A DNA stretch of 64,000 nucleotides from an uncultured Pelagibacteraceae bacterium (lineage in GTDB: Bacteria > Pseudomonadota > Alphaproteobacteria > Pelagibacterales > Pelagibacteraceae), in assembly GCA_902594675.1 (NCBI GenBank), contig CACJNE010000001.1:81548-145547 (forward strand). The letters run 5' to 3'. Below the pieces are notes generated by a model. That model did not search any database and was not told the origin of the DNA. It saw only the letters and a program-made list of their open reading frames with translations. The position numbers and the translations under genes were made by a program. Within the stretch, counting starts at the first letter, position 1. Each line of letters opens with the position of its first letter. This document shows, piece after piece, positions 1 to 8,829 of this stretch.

Positions 1-1173
1 GAATCTATTAAAGATTTTTTTTTCAATGAAAAAGAGGAAATAATTAAAAGTAAAAGATTTATAATTCTTTTAGTCCCACTAAATAATTTTGTAGATCTGA
101 TAAGTTTTTTTGATAAGATAGATAAATTACTTCATGAAGATTGCAAATTAATTTTAAACTATTTTAATGGATCGTGGAAATATATATTTAGTTTATTTTC
201 ACTTTTAGGTCTGATTAAGAATTTTGATAATTCGCTTTTTTTTTCAAAAAAAAAATTAAATATCTTTCTTAATTGCACTAATTATGAAATATCGAGGGTT
301 TTAAAAGATCTGTCTTTGCCTTTTAAATTACCATTTTTAACTAGATTTTTAACAATACTAATTAATTTGTTTCCTTTTTTATCTTTTTTTAGTTTTGCAA
401 ATGTTTTTTCTCTTAGAAAGAAAACTAAAAATTTAACATCCAATAAATTAATGTCTCTTATTATTCCCTGTAAAAATGAGGAAGAAAATATAAATAAGAT
501 AGTTGAAAGTGCGAAATCTGAACTTTCATTTCCTTTTGAATTAGTTTTCGTTGATGACAAAAGTACGGACTCTACTAAAGGAAGAATTATTGAAGAAATT
601 AAAAAAAATGAAGATTTAAAAATAAAAGTTTTTGATGGACCAGGTAATGGAAAATCACGAGCAGTTGATATTGGGGTACGTAACGCTCAAGGTTTTTTTT
701 GTGCAATATTAGATGCAGATTTGACTGTAAAGATGAATGATATGAATTTATTTTATTCATCAATTTCAATAGGTAATGGAGACGTCATTAACGGTTCTAG
801 ACTAATTTATAGGCTAGAAAAAAACTCAATGAGATTTTTGAATTATTTTGGTAATAAATTTTTTTCAATCCTAATATCATTCATAATATCATCTAGTGTA
901 AGCGACACATTATGTGGTACAAAATGTTTTAGAAAAGACGATTGGGAAATTTTTGAAGAATTTAGAAAAAACAATAATCTTAACGATATATGGGGTGATT
1001 TTAATATTTTATTTTCATCATCTTTCTATGGATTTAAGCTCATTGACCTCCCAGTAAGATATTACGAGAGGCTTACTGGTGAAACAAAAATGACTAAAAG
1101 ATTTTTTTATTTTATTAATATGCTTAAACTATGTTCAAAAGCTTTAATTGTTTTTAAATTTAAGTCAAAATAG
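1..1173 (+). CDS. Glycosyltransferase family 2 protein (DPM1-like), 5'-partial, with an N-terminal extension
   Basis: Frame is open from position 1 to the stop at 1173. GT-A motifs SLIIPCKNEE, FVDDKSTD, ILDADL, DTLCGTK. Confidence 0.85.
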   Translation, partial: ESIKDFFFNEKEEIIKSKRFIILLVPLNNFVDLISFFDKIDKLLHEDCKLILNYFNGSWKYIFSLFSLLGLIKNFDNSLFFSKKKLNIFLNCTNYEISRVLKDLSLPFKLPFLTRFLTILINLFPFLSFFSFANVFSLRKKTKNLTSNKLMSLIIPCKNEEENINKIVESAKSELSFPFELVFVDDKSTDSTKGRIIEEIKKNEDLKIKVFDGPGNGKSRAVDIGVRNAQGFFCAILDADLTVKMNDMNLFYSSISIGNGDVINGSRLIYRLEKNSMRFLNYFGNKFFSILISFIISSSVSDTLCGTKCFRKDDWEIFEEFRKNNNLNDIWGDFNILFSSSFYGFKLIDLPVRYYERLTGETKMTKRFFYFINMLKLCSKALIVFKFKSK

Positions 1174-1234
1174 ATTAAAAGTTGTCAAAAATTTAAAATT
1201 TAAGATAAAGTTTAAAATATATTTTTTTAAAAAA

Positions 1235-2275
1235 ATGAATAATTTTGGTATCTTTTTAAATCACTTTTCCTCTTATTATCTTTCCCATAAAGTAAAACAT
1301 TTAATTTTACATGTTACTAATCATTGCAATTTTAGATGTGCGCATTGTTTTGTAGATTTTGTAAATCCAAAAAAAGATTTAAAATTTGAAGACTATAAAA
1401 AAATTTCAAGAGATATAAATGATTTATTTTGGCTTGATATCGGTGGTGGTGAGCCTTTTCTTAGAAAAGATCTATATAAAATTGTTAATCTATTTAAAAA
1501 ACAAATTGTTTCTATTCCAACAAATGGGTGGCTAAAAAAAAATATATGCGATCAGATTAATCAAATGGATCATAAGGATACAGAAATAGTTATAAATTTA
1601 AGCCTAGATGGACTAGAAAAAAGTCATAATATTGTGAGAAAGAACAATCAAAGTTGGGATAAAGTATGGGAAGCTTATGAAGAGTTAAGAAAAATTAATT
1701 TTATTAAAGTAAGATTTATTACAGTAGTTCATGAAGACAATTATGATGAGATTATTCCTCTGATGAAAATAGTTAAAAGCAGAGGAGCAAACTTTCACTC
1801 AGTTATTTTGTTAAGAGGAGACCCTTTGGATGAAACAGTTAAATTACCAAGTTTTGAAAAACTTGATGATCTCTCGATAAAAATGTTTGATATTTTAGAA
1901 ACATATGATTACGGTCAGAATAATCTATCTGCATATCTTTTAAAAAATTATCATAGATATTTATGGAAAACCTCAATTGATACATTAAAAAAACAAACGC
2001 AAGTTATACCATGTCTTGCTGGAAAAAGTCACATGGTGGTTTGGGGTGATGGGAGAGTAGCCTCATGTGAAATGCTTCCTGAAATTGGCAATCTTAAAGA
2101 GAAACCACTTAATGAGATACTTAAAAGTCAAGAAATGAAAGATCAGATAAAGTTTATTGAGGATAAGAAATGTCATTGCACACATAATTGTGCAATGGTT
2201 ACTTCAATTTTATACAATCCATCTAAATGGCCAAACATAATTTACTCAAAAAAACCAAGTACAAAAAAGTTTTAG
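1235..2275 (+). CDS. Radical SAM protein with SPASM/twitch domain
   Basis: CNFRCAHC (CxxxCxxC), GGGEPFLR, SLDG, and C-terminal PCLAG..ASCEM..CHCTHNC. ATG at 1235 preferred over the ORF-track start at 1148. Confidence 0.85.
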   Translation: MNNFGIFLNHFSSYYLSHKVKHLILHVTNHCNFRCAHCFVDFVNPKKDLKFEDYKKISRDINDLFWLDIGGGEPFLRKDLYKIVNLFKKQIVSIPTNGWLKKNICDQINQMDHKDTEIVINLSLDGLEKSHNIVRKNNQSWDKVWEAYEELRKINFIKVRFITVVHEDNYDEIIPLMKIVKSRGANFHSVILLRGDPLDETVKLPSFEKLDDLSIKMFDILETYDYGQNNLSAYLLKNYHRYLWKTSIDTLKKQTQVIPCLAGKSHMVVWGDGRVASCEMLPEIGNLKEKPLNEILKSQEMKDQIKFIEDKKCHCTHNCAMVTSILYNPSKWPNIIYSKKPSTKKF

Positions 2276-3180
2276 TTTGTATTTTATATCATAATAACGA
2301 AATAAACTTATTTAAATTAATTAAAAAAATAAGTTTAAAAAAACAACACAGAATCCTGATAGTTGTAGATGGTAAAATCATTATAAATAATAGGAAAAAA
2401 ATTCTTCAACACAATAATAAAATTAAATTTATTTACTCTCTTAAAAAAAAGACTGTAGCCTTTAACAGGAACTTAGCAATGAATTATGCCAAAAAAAAAT
2501 TTGATTTGGTACTCTTTTTAGACTCAGATGTTATACCTGATAAAAAAATCATCAATAGCCATGTACAATTTCACAATGAGTATGAAGATATTCCTTTAAT
2601 AGGTGGATCTGTGATCCCAAGTTTTTTTAAAAATAGATACAATTTATGGGAAATTTTGGATGGTTGTTTATCTTGGTTTACATCTATTAATACAAATCAT
2701 AACAAATTAATTCATAATCCATATCATCTTCCAACTTGTAATTTAAGTATTAAAAAGAATTTTTTTTTTAATAATAAAATTACGTTTGATAGTAAATTAA
2801 AAACAGGAGAAGATGTAGATTTATGTAATAAAGTCAGAAACAAAAATGGTAAATTGATGTTAATCAAAAATGCAAAAGTTTTACACCAAGATAGAACAAA
2901 TTTTAAAAGTTTTATCAATCATCACACTAATTGGGGTAGACATCAATTTTATACTATTTATAAAAAAAAATATTCGAAATTAACAGGTAATAATTTTTTT
3001 AATTTTTTATTTTTAATTATTTACCCATTTGTGATGCCAATAATTAATCTTATTTCAACTTTTTTTACAGTGTTTCCCTGGGTCAAATTTAAATTTCGAT
3101 TTATTTTATTAATCCCAGCAGTATACACTGTGCATTTGATAAAAGGTCTTTTTACTTACTTAGAGTTTTTAAAAAAATAA
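2227..3180 (+). CDS. Glycosyltransferase family 2 protein
   Basis: IVVDG, NRNLAM, LFLDSD (DxD), PTCNL, GEDVDLC, hydrophobic C-terminal helices. Confidence 0.85.
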   Translation: MAKHNLLKKTKYKKVLVCILYHNNEINLFKLIKKISLKKQHRILIVVDGKIIINNRKKILQHNNKIKFIYSLKKKTVAFNRNLAMNYAKKKFDLVLFLDSDVIPDKKIINSHVQFHNEYEDIPLIGGSVIPSFFKNRYNLWEILDGCLSWFTSINTNHNKLIHNPYHLPTCNLSIKKNFFFNNKITFDSKLKTGEDVDLCNKVRNKNGKLMLIKNAKVLHQDRTNFKSFINHHTNWGRHQFYTIYKKKYSKLTGNNFFNFLFLIIYPFVMPIINLISTFFTVFPWVKFKFRFILLIPAVYTVHLIKGLFTYLEFLKK

Positions 3181-3437
3181 TTAACTTTTTTTTTAAATAA
3201 CAAAAGTTTAAACTCCTATTTAAAGGATAAAAAAATATTAACTTAATTATTTAAAGTTAAATTGAATTTTTTTTAAAATAACATCAGTTTTTACAATTAC
3301 TACTGAGCCTGTAAATCACAATCCAGCACATTTTTTAGCAAAATTATCAATCTAATTTTAATAATTTTTTTAATCTTTAAATAGAATAAAACTGAAAGTT
3401 GTATAACAATTTATAATTTTCTTTGTTAGTATGTATA

Positions 3438-3965
3438 ATGAGATACGCCTTGCTAATTATAAGTTTATTGTTTTTATATTCTTGTACAACTGGCCAAGAG
3501 TTAATTTCATCTGGAAAAATTCAAAAAGGACTTTCTAAACAAGATATGAGAAGTAAATTTATGAGCTCAACCTTGGGTGAGGATCCTTTTTTACCAGAGG
3601 GGGGAAGACTCTATTTCAGTGATACAAAAACTGAAATTGTATACCCATCTTCGAAATCATATTTTTATGTTTTTACAAATGTCTTTAAACCAATGAAATG
3701 TGGAAATTGGGCGTGTGATTTAGGAAATGGATATTACGATTCATGGCATGTCTCTATTCCAGCTGCTAGAAAATATATAGATGAAACTTATGGCAATAAG
3801 AAAAAAACAGTCACAAAAAAGAAAGAAAACGTATTGCCTAAAATCTCACAACCAAAATCATCTGATAAAATTGATAAACTACAAAAACTTATAAATAAAT
3901 TCGAAAATGGAGATATGTCACGAGAAGAATTTAATAAACAAAAAAAAGAACTTTTGCAAAATTAG
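3438..3965 (+). CDS. Putative lipoprotein with C-terminal SHOCT-like domain
   Basis: MRYALLIISLLFLYSC lipobox-like signal. C-terminus IDKLQKLINKFENGDMSREEFNKQKKELL fits the SHOCT pattern. Confidence 0.65.
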   Translation: MRYALLIISLLFLYSCTTGQELISSGKIQKGLSKQDMRSKFMSSTLGEDPFLPEGGRLYFSDTKTEIVYPSSKSYFYVFTNVFKPMKCGNWACDLGNGYYDSWHVSIPAARKYIDETYGNKKKTVTKKKENVLPKISQPKSSDKIDKLQKLINKFENGDMSREEFNKQKKELLQN

Positions 3966-3968
3966 AAA

Positions 3969-5795
3969 ATGAAAAGATTTTTATATATTTTTGTTATTCT
4001 TTTATTCTGTTCAGCAAACTCTAATGCATCAAAGACTGATGAAATTAAAAAAATTAATGAAATGTTTGTTAATGGATATATAGATGAAAATGAATGTGCA
4101 GATTTAAAATATGAAGTGTGGAAAGAATATTTCCCCGATAGCACTTACTCTTGTAAAAATTTAACTCAAAAAAAAATTATTAAAAAAAAAGATGGAAAAA
4201 AATTAAATGAAATTCTGAATTTTGAGACAACATATAAAGAAGTAGGGGATGTTACTTTAGATTCAAAAAAATATACTATATTCACAAAAAAAGATTTTGA
4301 AGATCATGGTAACAAAGAGAGAAAATATTTAGCTTTCATAAATTATGATGAGAATGAAGTCAAAAAAGAGCAATTTTTTATAATTTATTATAACGATAGA
4401 ATAAACTACCAAAGATTAATAGATCCAAATGATGCTAAAAAAAATCGATGGTCTACTACGGACAGAGTCAAAGATGGATGGTATGAGAGACGTGTTGTTT
4501 TTGTTTCAAAGGAAGAATTTGGCAATCGTAATGCCTTATATGGAAAGTGGTTTGATAGAGATGAACAAAAATGGTTATGGGGAGTTTTTTTACCAAAGAA
4601 AGGTGATAAAGAAAGTTGCTGGATGGTGTTTGGATATAATTCAAATGAGATAGGCTCAGAAGATTGTTTTGGTACTAAATTAACTGAAGCAAGAAAAAAT
4701 TTTTTATTTAATCAGGCAAAAAAATATTCCTCAGAGTCGGAAAATTATTTTTATTTTTTAAAAGATCTTGAAAATTCTTATTTAGCAAAAATATCTGGTC
4801 AAGTTATTGACGAAAATATTTATGTTTTTGATTACAAATGGAATGGAAAAAAAGTATCTAAAAAAGTTTATTGTAAAAAAGCTTTAGAGAGTAAACTAAA
4901 TAAATTTGAGCCTGAAAAATTTGCCTCTAGGTGCGGTGATTTAAATATAAACATAGTAAATAAGAATAATCCATCGGATTTAGAAAATGAAAAAAAACTT
5001 ATAGCTGAGGAAAAAAAGAAACTTGATATAGAACGAAAAAAAATAGAGGAAGAAAGAAGAAAATTAGAAAAAGAGAAGGAGAAACTTGCAAAAAAAATTA
5101 AAGATAGAGATGAAATAGAAGAGCTCTATCCTGTTGGATCAGGTACAGGATTTTTAACATCAACTGGAAATAGCGCAAATATAGTTACAAATTTTCATGT
5201 CATAGATAACTGTGATGAAGTGATTATTGCACACAAAGGCAACAGAATTAAAAGCAAAATATATGCAATTGATCAAAAAAATGATATGGCCATTCTTAAA
5301 GCAAAAATTAATGGATCAAAATTTTTCCATGTAGCATCAGAGGATGTTCAGTTATTGGAGGATATAATAATTGCAGGATTTCCACTGGGAAAAGAAGTCA
5401 GTGGTAATGTTAAAGTTACCAAAGGGAGCGTTTCATCATTGGCCGGCTTTGGTGATAATTCATCAAACTTTCAAACCGATGCAGCTATAAATCAAGGTAA
5501 TAGTGGAGGACCAATTATTAACGAAAAAGGGAACGTAGTTGGGGTTGCGGTTGCAACATGGATTGAGGAGGGCGTTCAAGGTGTTCATTTTGGAATTAAA
5601 TCTTCATCTTTACGATCTTTTGCAAAAACACATAATATTAACCTTAATGCCCCAAGAAATGCAAAATTAACTAATAAAGAATTAGGTGAATTAATCACTG
5701 AGGCTACAGTTTATCTAGAATGTCAAATGACCAAATCTAAAATTGAAAAAAAAATAGAGGAAGAGAAAAAAGCTGAAAAAGCAAAAAAAAATTAA
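3969..5795 (+). CDS. Exported trypsin-like (S1C/HtrA-type) serine protease with long N-terminal region and coiled coil; no PDZ
   Basis: Signal peptide; GSGTGF, VTNFHVI (His), NDMAILK (Asp), QTDAAINQGNSGGP (Ser); EK-rich coiled coil before the protease domain. Confidence 0.85.
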   Translation: MKRFLYIFVILLFCSANSNASKTDEIKKINEMFVNGYIDENECADLKYEVWKEYFPDSTYSCKNLTQKKIIKKKDGKKLNEILNFETTYKEVGDVTLDSKKYTIFTKKDFEDHGNKERKYLAFINYDENEVKKEQFFIIYYNDRINYQRLIDPNDAKKNRWSTTDRVKDGWYERRVVFVSKEEFGNRNALYGKWFDRDEQKWLWGVFLPKKGDKESCWMVFGYNSNEIGSEDCFGTKLTEARKNFLFNQAKKYSSESENYFYFLKDLENSYLAKISGQVIDENIYVFDYKWNGKKVSKKVYCKKALESKLNKFEPEKFASRCGDLNINIVNKNNPSDLENEKKLIAEEKKKLDIERKKIEEERRKLEKEKEKLAKKIKDRDEIEELYPVGSGTGFLTSTGNSANIVTNFHVIDNCDEVIIAHKGNRIKSKIYAIDQKNDMAILKAKINGSKFFHVASEDVQLLEDIIIAGFPLGKEVSGNVKVTKGSVSSLAGFGDNSSNFQTDAAINQGNSGGPIINEKGNVVGVAVATWIEEGVQGVHFGIKSSSLRSFAKTHNINLNAPRNAKLTNKELGELITEATVYLECQMTKSKIEKKIEEEKKAEKAKKN

Positions 5796-5800
5796 TTTAA

Positions 5801-6400
5801 ATGAAAAAAAGTATTTTGATTATTGTTATTATTTTATTCTCTATAAAAAATATATTAGCCAATGAAAAAGTTGATGCATATTCTTTTTTTTATGAGGAAG
5901 ATGGAGAAGGTGCATTAATTCTTTATTATCAAAACGAAGATATATTTGGACAAATAATATCATACGGAGGATACAAATGGTTTAAAGCTACTTATACTAA
6001 TTCTGACATTGAAACGTCAACTTTTATTCAACCATCTCATTTAGGAATATCAATGAATCAGGATTCATGGATGCAACCAAGATATGAAATTGATGAGTTC
6101 GTTTATGAATTTGAAGAAATTAATAATGATCAATTTTTAACATTTTATTCACCAGAAGCTACTCAAACAATAGTTGGCTATATGACAAGAAACGAATCTT
6201 TTTCAATTGCATCATTATCAAGCGTTGCCTGGTATGCTGGTACTTTTATTCCAATAAAAAATGCCAATAATCTAGATAACTTGCTTAAAATAAATACAAA
6301 AACTTTTTGTATGCTTATAAATGATCCAACAATAATAAATGTGAAGAGTAAACAGTTTAATAAAGAAGTTCTCACAGCTTATAGAGAACCTTGTAGTTAA
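5801..6400 (+). CDS. Exported hypothetical protein
   Basis: 199-aa ORF with signal peptide MKKSILIIVIILFSIKNILA, tightly spaced in the operon. Confidence 0.65.
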   Translation: MKKSILIIVIILFSIKNILANEKVDAYSFFYEEDGEGALILYYQNEDIFGQIISYGGYKWFKATYTNSDIETSTFIQPSHLGISMNQDSWMQPRYEIDEFVYEFEEINNDQFLTFYSPEATQTIVGYMTRNESFSIASLSSVAWYAGTFIPIKNANNLDNLLKINTKTFCMLINDPTIINVKSKQFNKEVLTAYREPCS

Positions 6401-6401
6401 A

Positions 6402-6554
6402 ATGAAAAATATTATCCCTATAATAGCAGGAATAGTACTAGGTATAGTCACTTGGAAGTCTTCTGCTTACAGTGCGGACTTTGGTATTGGTCCATTAGTT
6501 TGGATCTTAATCTGTGCAGTAGGTGGATGGTATACTTGGGGAAAATTTAATTGA
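6402..6554 (+). CDS. Small 50-aa two-TM membrane protein (not in ORF track)
   Basis: MKNIIPIIAGIVLGIVTWKSSAYSADFGIGPLVWILICAVGGWYTWGKFN*. Starts 1 nt after the upstream stop; two hydrophobic segments. Confidence 0.55.
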   Translation: MKNIIPIIAGIVLGIVTWKSSAYSADFGIGPLVWILICAVGGWYTWGKFN

Positions 6555-6583
6555 ACTTGTGGTTAAAAATTTACTCTTAAATA

Positions 6584-6611
6584 ATAGGACAACTAGACGT
6601 AGACTAGAAGT
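6584..6611 (+). repeat. Cassette-boundary repeat, copy A (ATAGGACAACTAGACGTAGACTAGAAGT)
   Basis: 28 bp identical to 13165-13192. The 21-bp core also occurs at 7327-7347. Confidence 0.9.
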
Positions 6612-6644
6612 CAGGTAGGGAAGATAATATAATAGGAATATATC

Positions 6645-7028
6645 ATGAAAAAACTTTTAGGGATCGTGGTTCTGGGTTTTCTAATAAGCAATAACGCTTA
6701 CAGTAAAGTATATACCTGGACTTGTTTGATGATGCCGTCAAAAGATTTTCAGATGATATTTCAAATTAACGATGCAAGAAAAACTATAAAACATTTAAGT
6801 TCATACGACTTCAATACAAAAAAAAAATATGATGTTAATAAGTATCATAATGTTTTAAAATTTGAAAAAGACTTTGCCTGGTCTACCTATTTTACCAATA
6901 ATGAAAATGCTGGGTTAAGGTATAATGATTTTAAAAATAATAGAATTATGCAATCGACAATCTTACCAAGCAATCTAAAAGATTATATTTATCAGGATAT
7001 TGAATACGATTGTTTTGTATCAAACTAA
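6645..7028 (+). CDS. Exported hypothetical protein with MKKLLGIVVLG leader
   Basis: 127-aa ORF with signal peptide. TATAAT at 6628-6633 and AGGA at 6634-6637 upstream. Confidence 0.7.
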   Translation: MKKLLGIVVLGFLISNNAYSKVYTWTCLMMPSKDFQMIFQINDARKTIKHLSSYDFNTKKKYDVNKYHNVLKFEKDFAWSTYFTNNENAGLRYNDFKNNRIMQSTILPSNLKDYIYQDIEYDCFVSN

Positions 7029-7064
7029 ATGAAAAAACTTTGTAGGATTGTGCAGAATAACTAG
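7029..7064 (+). pseudogene. Remnant copy of the MKKLLGIV leader (MKKLCRIVQNN*)
   Basis: ATGAAAAAACTTTGTAGGATTGTG versus ATGAAAAAACTTTTAGGGATCGTG at 6645. Ends at a TAG inside the degenerate boundary repeat. Confidence 0.5.
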
Positions 7065-7086
7065 AAACAATCTAGAAACCAGATAG
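7059..7086 (+). repeat. Degenerate cassette-boundary repeat, copy B
   Basis: AACTAGAAACAATCTAGAAACCAGATAG aligns without gaps to AACTAGACGTAGACTAGAAGTCAGGTAG (6591-6618). Confidence 0.65.
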
Positions 7087-7202
7087 ATAAAATAAAAAAA
7101 AATTTACTTATTAACCTTGTTGAAATATAAATATTAGCATAAATACTCATGAAAATAACTCATGCCCTCGTGGTGAAATTGGTAGACACAAAGGACTTAA
7201 AA
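7085..7202 (+). repeat. ~118-bp direct repeat of the tRNA-Leu upstream region plus 5' half of the tRNA (att-like site)
   Basis: Matches 13198-13314 with 2 substitutions and a 1-nt homopolymer indel. Confidence 0.92.
7164..7202 (+). pseudogene. 5' fragment of tRNA-Leu(TAA), ending exactly at the end of the anticodon loop
   Basis: GCCCTCGTGGTGAAATTGGTAGACACAAAGGACTTAAAA is identical to 13276-13314, then diverges. Confidence 0.92.
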
Positions 7203-7225
7203 AACATAGGGTAGAGATATTTTAT

Positions 7226-7270
7226 AGTCTCAAACAGTCTCACACGGTCTTAAATCCTATTAAATCCTAC
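7226..7270 (+). repeat. 10-bp-phased tandem repeats
   Basis: AGTCTCAAAC AGTCTCACAC GGTCTTAAAT, with TAAATCCTA at 7251 and 7261. Confidence 0.65.
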
Positions 7271-7326
7271 ACTTTTATTTTCTTTAGATTATTTTTATTG
7301 GAATATATCAATAATAAATTCTACAA

Positions 7327-7356
7327 AACTAGACGTAGACTAGAAGTTAGAGAGAT
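7327..7356 (+). repeat. Cassette-boundary repeat, copy C (AACTAGACGTAGACTAGAAGTTAGAGAGAT)
   Basis: 30 bp identical to 13172-13201. Confidence 0.92.
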
Positions 7357-7359
7357 GAT

Positions 7360-7388
7360 TTGATATTTATTCCTGTAAATCATATTAT
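7360..7388 (+). promoter_or_regulatory. Sigma70-type promoter of the island operon
   Basis: TTGATA (7360-7365), 17-bp spacer, TATTAT (7383-7388), 5 nt before ATG 7394. Confidence 0.55.
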
Positions 7389-7393
7389 CAATC

Positions 7394-8827
7394 ATGGTGT
7401 TTAATAATATTTGGTCAGGATTTAAAAATCTTTTTTCCACTGAAGTTGAACTTCAAGAACCATTTACTTTTCCAAGATTAGAGAAGCTCAACGAAGTTAT
7501 TAAAAAATTTAAAATAGATGAGGAAGCTAAAAAAGATGGTGAAAAAAATCTACCAAGATCCGATAGAAAAAATTTAAGTGCTGCTGAGGAAAAAATTAAA
7601 GGCCATTATTACAGCATAATGCAGAATAGCAAAAAATTTGGTACCGAATATTCAAACAACGTAAAACAAAATATCGACAATAGTGGAATAATGACGGTCG
7701 ATGCTAAAATTGATAATTATAAAAAAGATTCCACTAATTGGTTTAATGAAAAAAAGAAAGAGTCTAAAAATTTTAAATATTTTGATAATGAAAAGATAAA
7801 AGATGCCACAAATAGATATAATGAGTTTAGAAAAAAGCATTCTTTAAATAGAAGAGCCAATTATCCACCTTCGTTAGTTTATTATTACGCTATACTTAGT
7901 ACGTTGTTCCTTTTAGAATGTTTAATTAATGGTTTATTTCTCAAAGAAGTAACAAGATCAGGTATTATGGGAGGCTTCGGTATCGCTATAATTATTTCTT
8001 TTTTCAATGTTGGGATGGGTTTTTTATATGGGAGATTTATTTTACCATTTAAAAATCATTTTAATGGAACTATTAAATTTCTAGGTTTTTTAAGTTTGTT
8101 AATTATTTCAATATGGTTTTTATGTGTAAATTTCTTTGTTGCGCACTACAGAGACCTAGTTGTAGTAAATAATGAAATTTCATTTATTGAGATCGTACAA
8201 TTTATATTAGCCAGTCCTTTAGAGATAAAAGATTTTATTTCTTTTGCATTATTAGTTGTTGGTATTGTTTTTGGTGTTTCTGCGGTTGGTAGTGGATATA
8301 AATCAGATGATCCATACCCAGGTTTTGGAGCTGCTGAGAGATTTAAAGATAGAACAATGGAAAGATATGCAGATACTCATTATAAATATTTAAAGGAATG
8401 CAAAGATCATAAAGATCATTTAATTCGTGAAATTAGAGAATTATACAAGCAAATGAGAATTAAATATAAATCAATAAATCAAATGATAGATTTATTTACG
8501 ACACTGGGTGAGAAATACGAGATACAAATCAAACGTATTAATAGTGAGTGTAAACAAGCAATTATGCACTACAGGAATGAGAATGAGAGGGCAAGAACAG
8601 ATAAACCACCTAGGTATTTCGAAAAACCATTTGTTTTTGAAGAAACTGGTAGATTAAATGTCGATATAAACGATCAAACTAAAATGGTTCTTAAATTAAA
8701 AAGTAAAGTTTCAACTATTGAAAAAGATCAAAAAGAAATTGTTAAACATATTGAGTCCAAGTATGAGGATGCAACTAAAAAAGTCCAAGATCTTGTTGAT
8801 TTTCACTCAGAAGAGCTAGAAAGATAA
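7394..8827 (+). CDS. Membrane protein with ~4 TM helices between long helical/coiled-coil regions
   Basis: 477 aa. Four central hydrophobic segments followed by KSDDPYPGFG; charged helical N- and C-termini. Confidence 0.7.
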   Translation: MVFNNIWSGFKNLFSTEVELQEPFTFPRLEKLNEVIKKFKIDEEAKKDGEKNLPRSDRKNLSAAEEKIKGHYYSIMQNSKKFGTEYSNNVKQNIDNSGIMTVDAKIDNYKKDSTNWFNEKKKESKNFKYFDNEKIKDATNRYNEFRKKHSLNRRANYPPSLVYYYAILSTLFLLECLINGLFLKEVTRSGIMGGFGIAIIISFFNVGMGFLYGRFILPFKNHFNGTIKFLGFLSLLIISIWFLCVNFFVAHYRDLVVVNNEISFIEIVQFILASPLEIKDFISFALLVVGIVFGVSAVGSGYKSDDPYPGFGAAERFKDRTMERYADTHYKYLKECKDHKDHLIREIRELYKQMRIKYKSINQMIDLFTTLGEKYEIQIKRINSECKQAIMHYRNENERARTDKPPRYFEKPFVFEETGRLNVDINDQTKMVLKLKSKVSTIEKDQKEIVKHIESKYEDATKKVQDLVDFHSEELER

Positions 8828-8829
8828 TC

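Noticed and set aside
3308-3318. CCTGTAAATCA also found at 7372-7382, upstream of both accessory operons
   Set aside because: Only 11 bp, at different distances from the start codons. Chance cannot be excluded.
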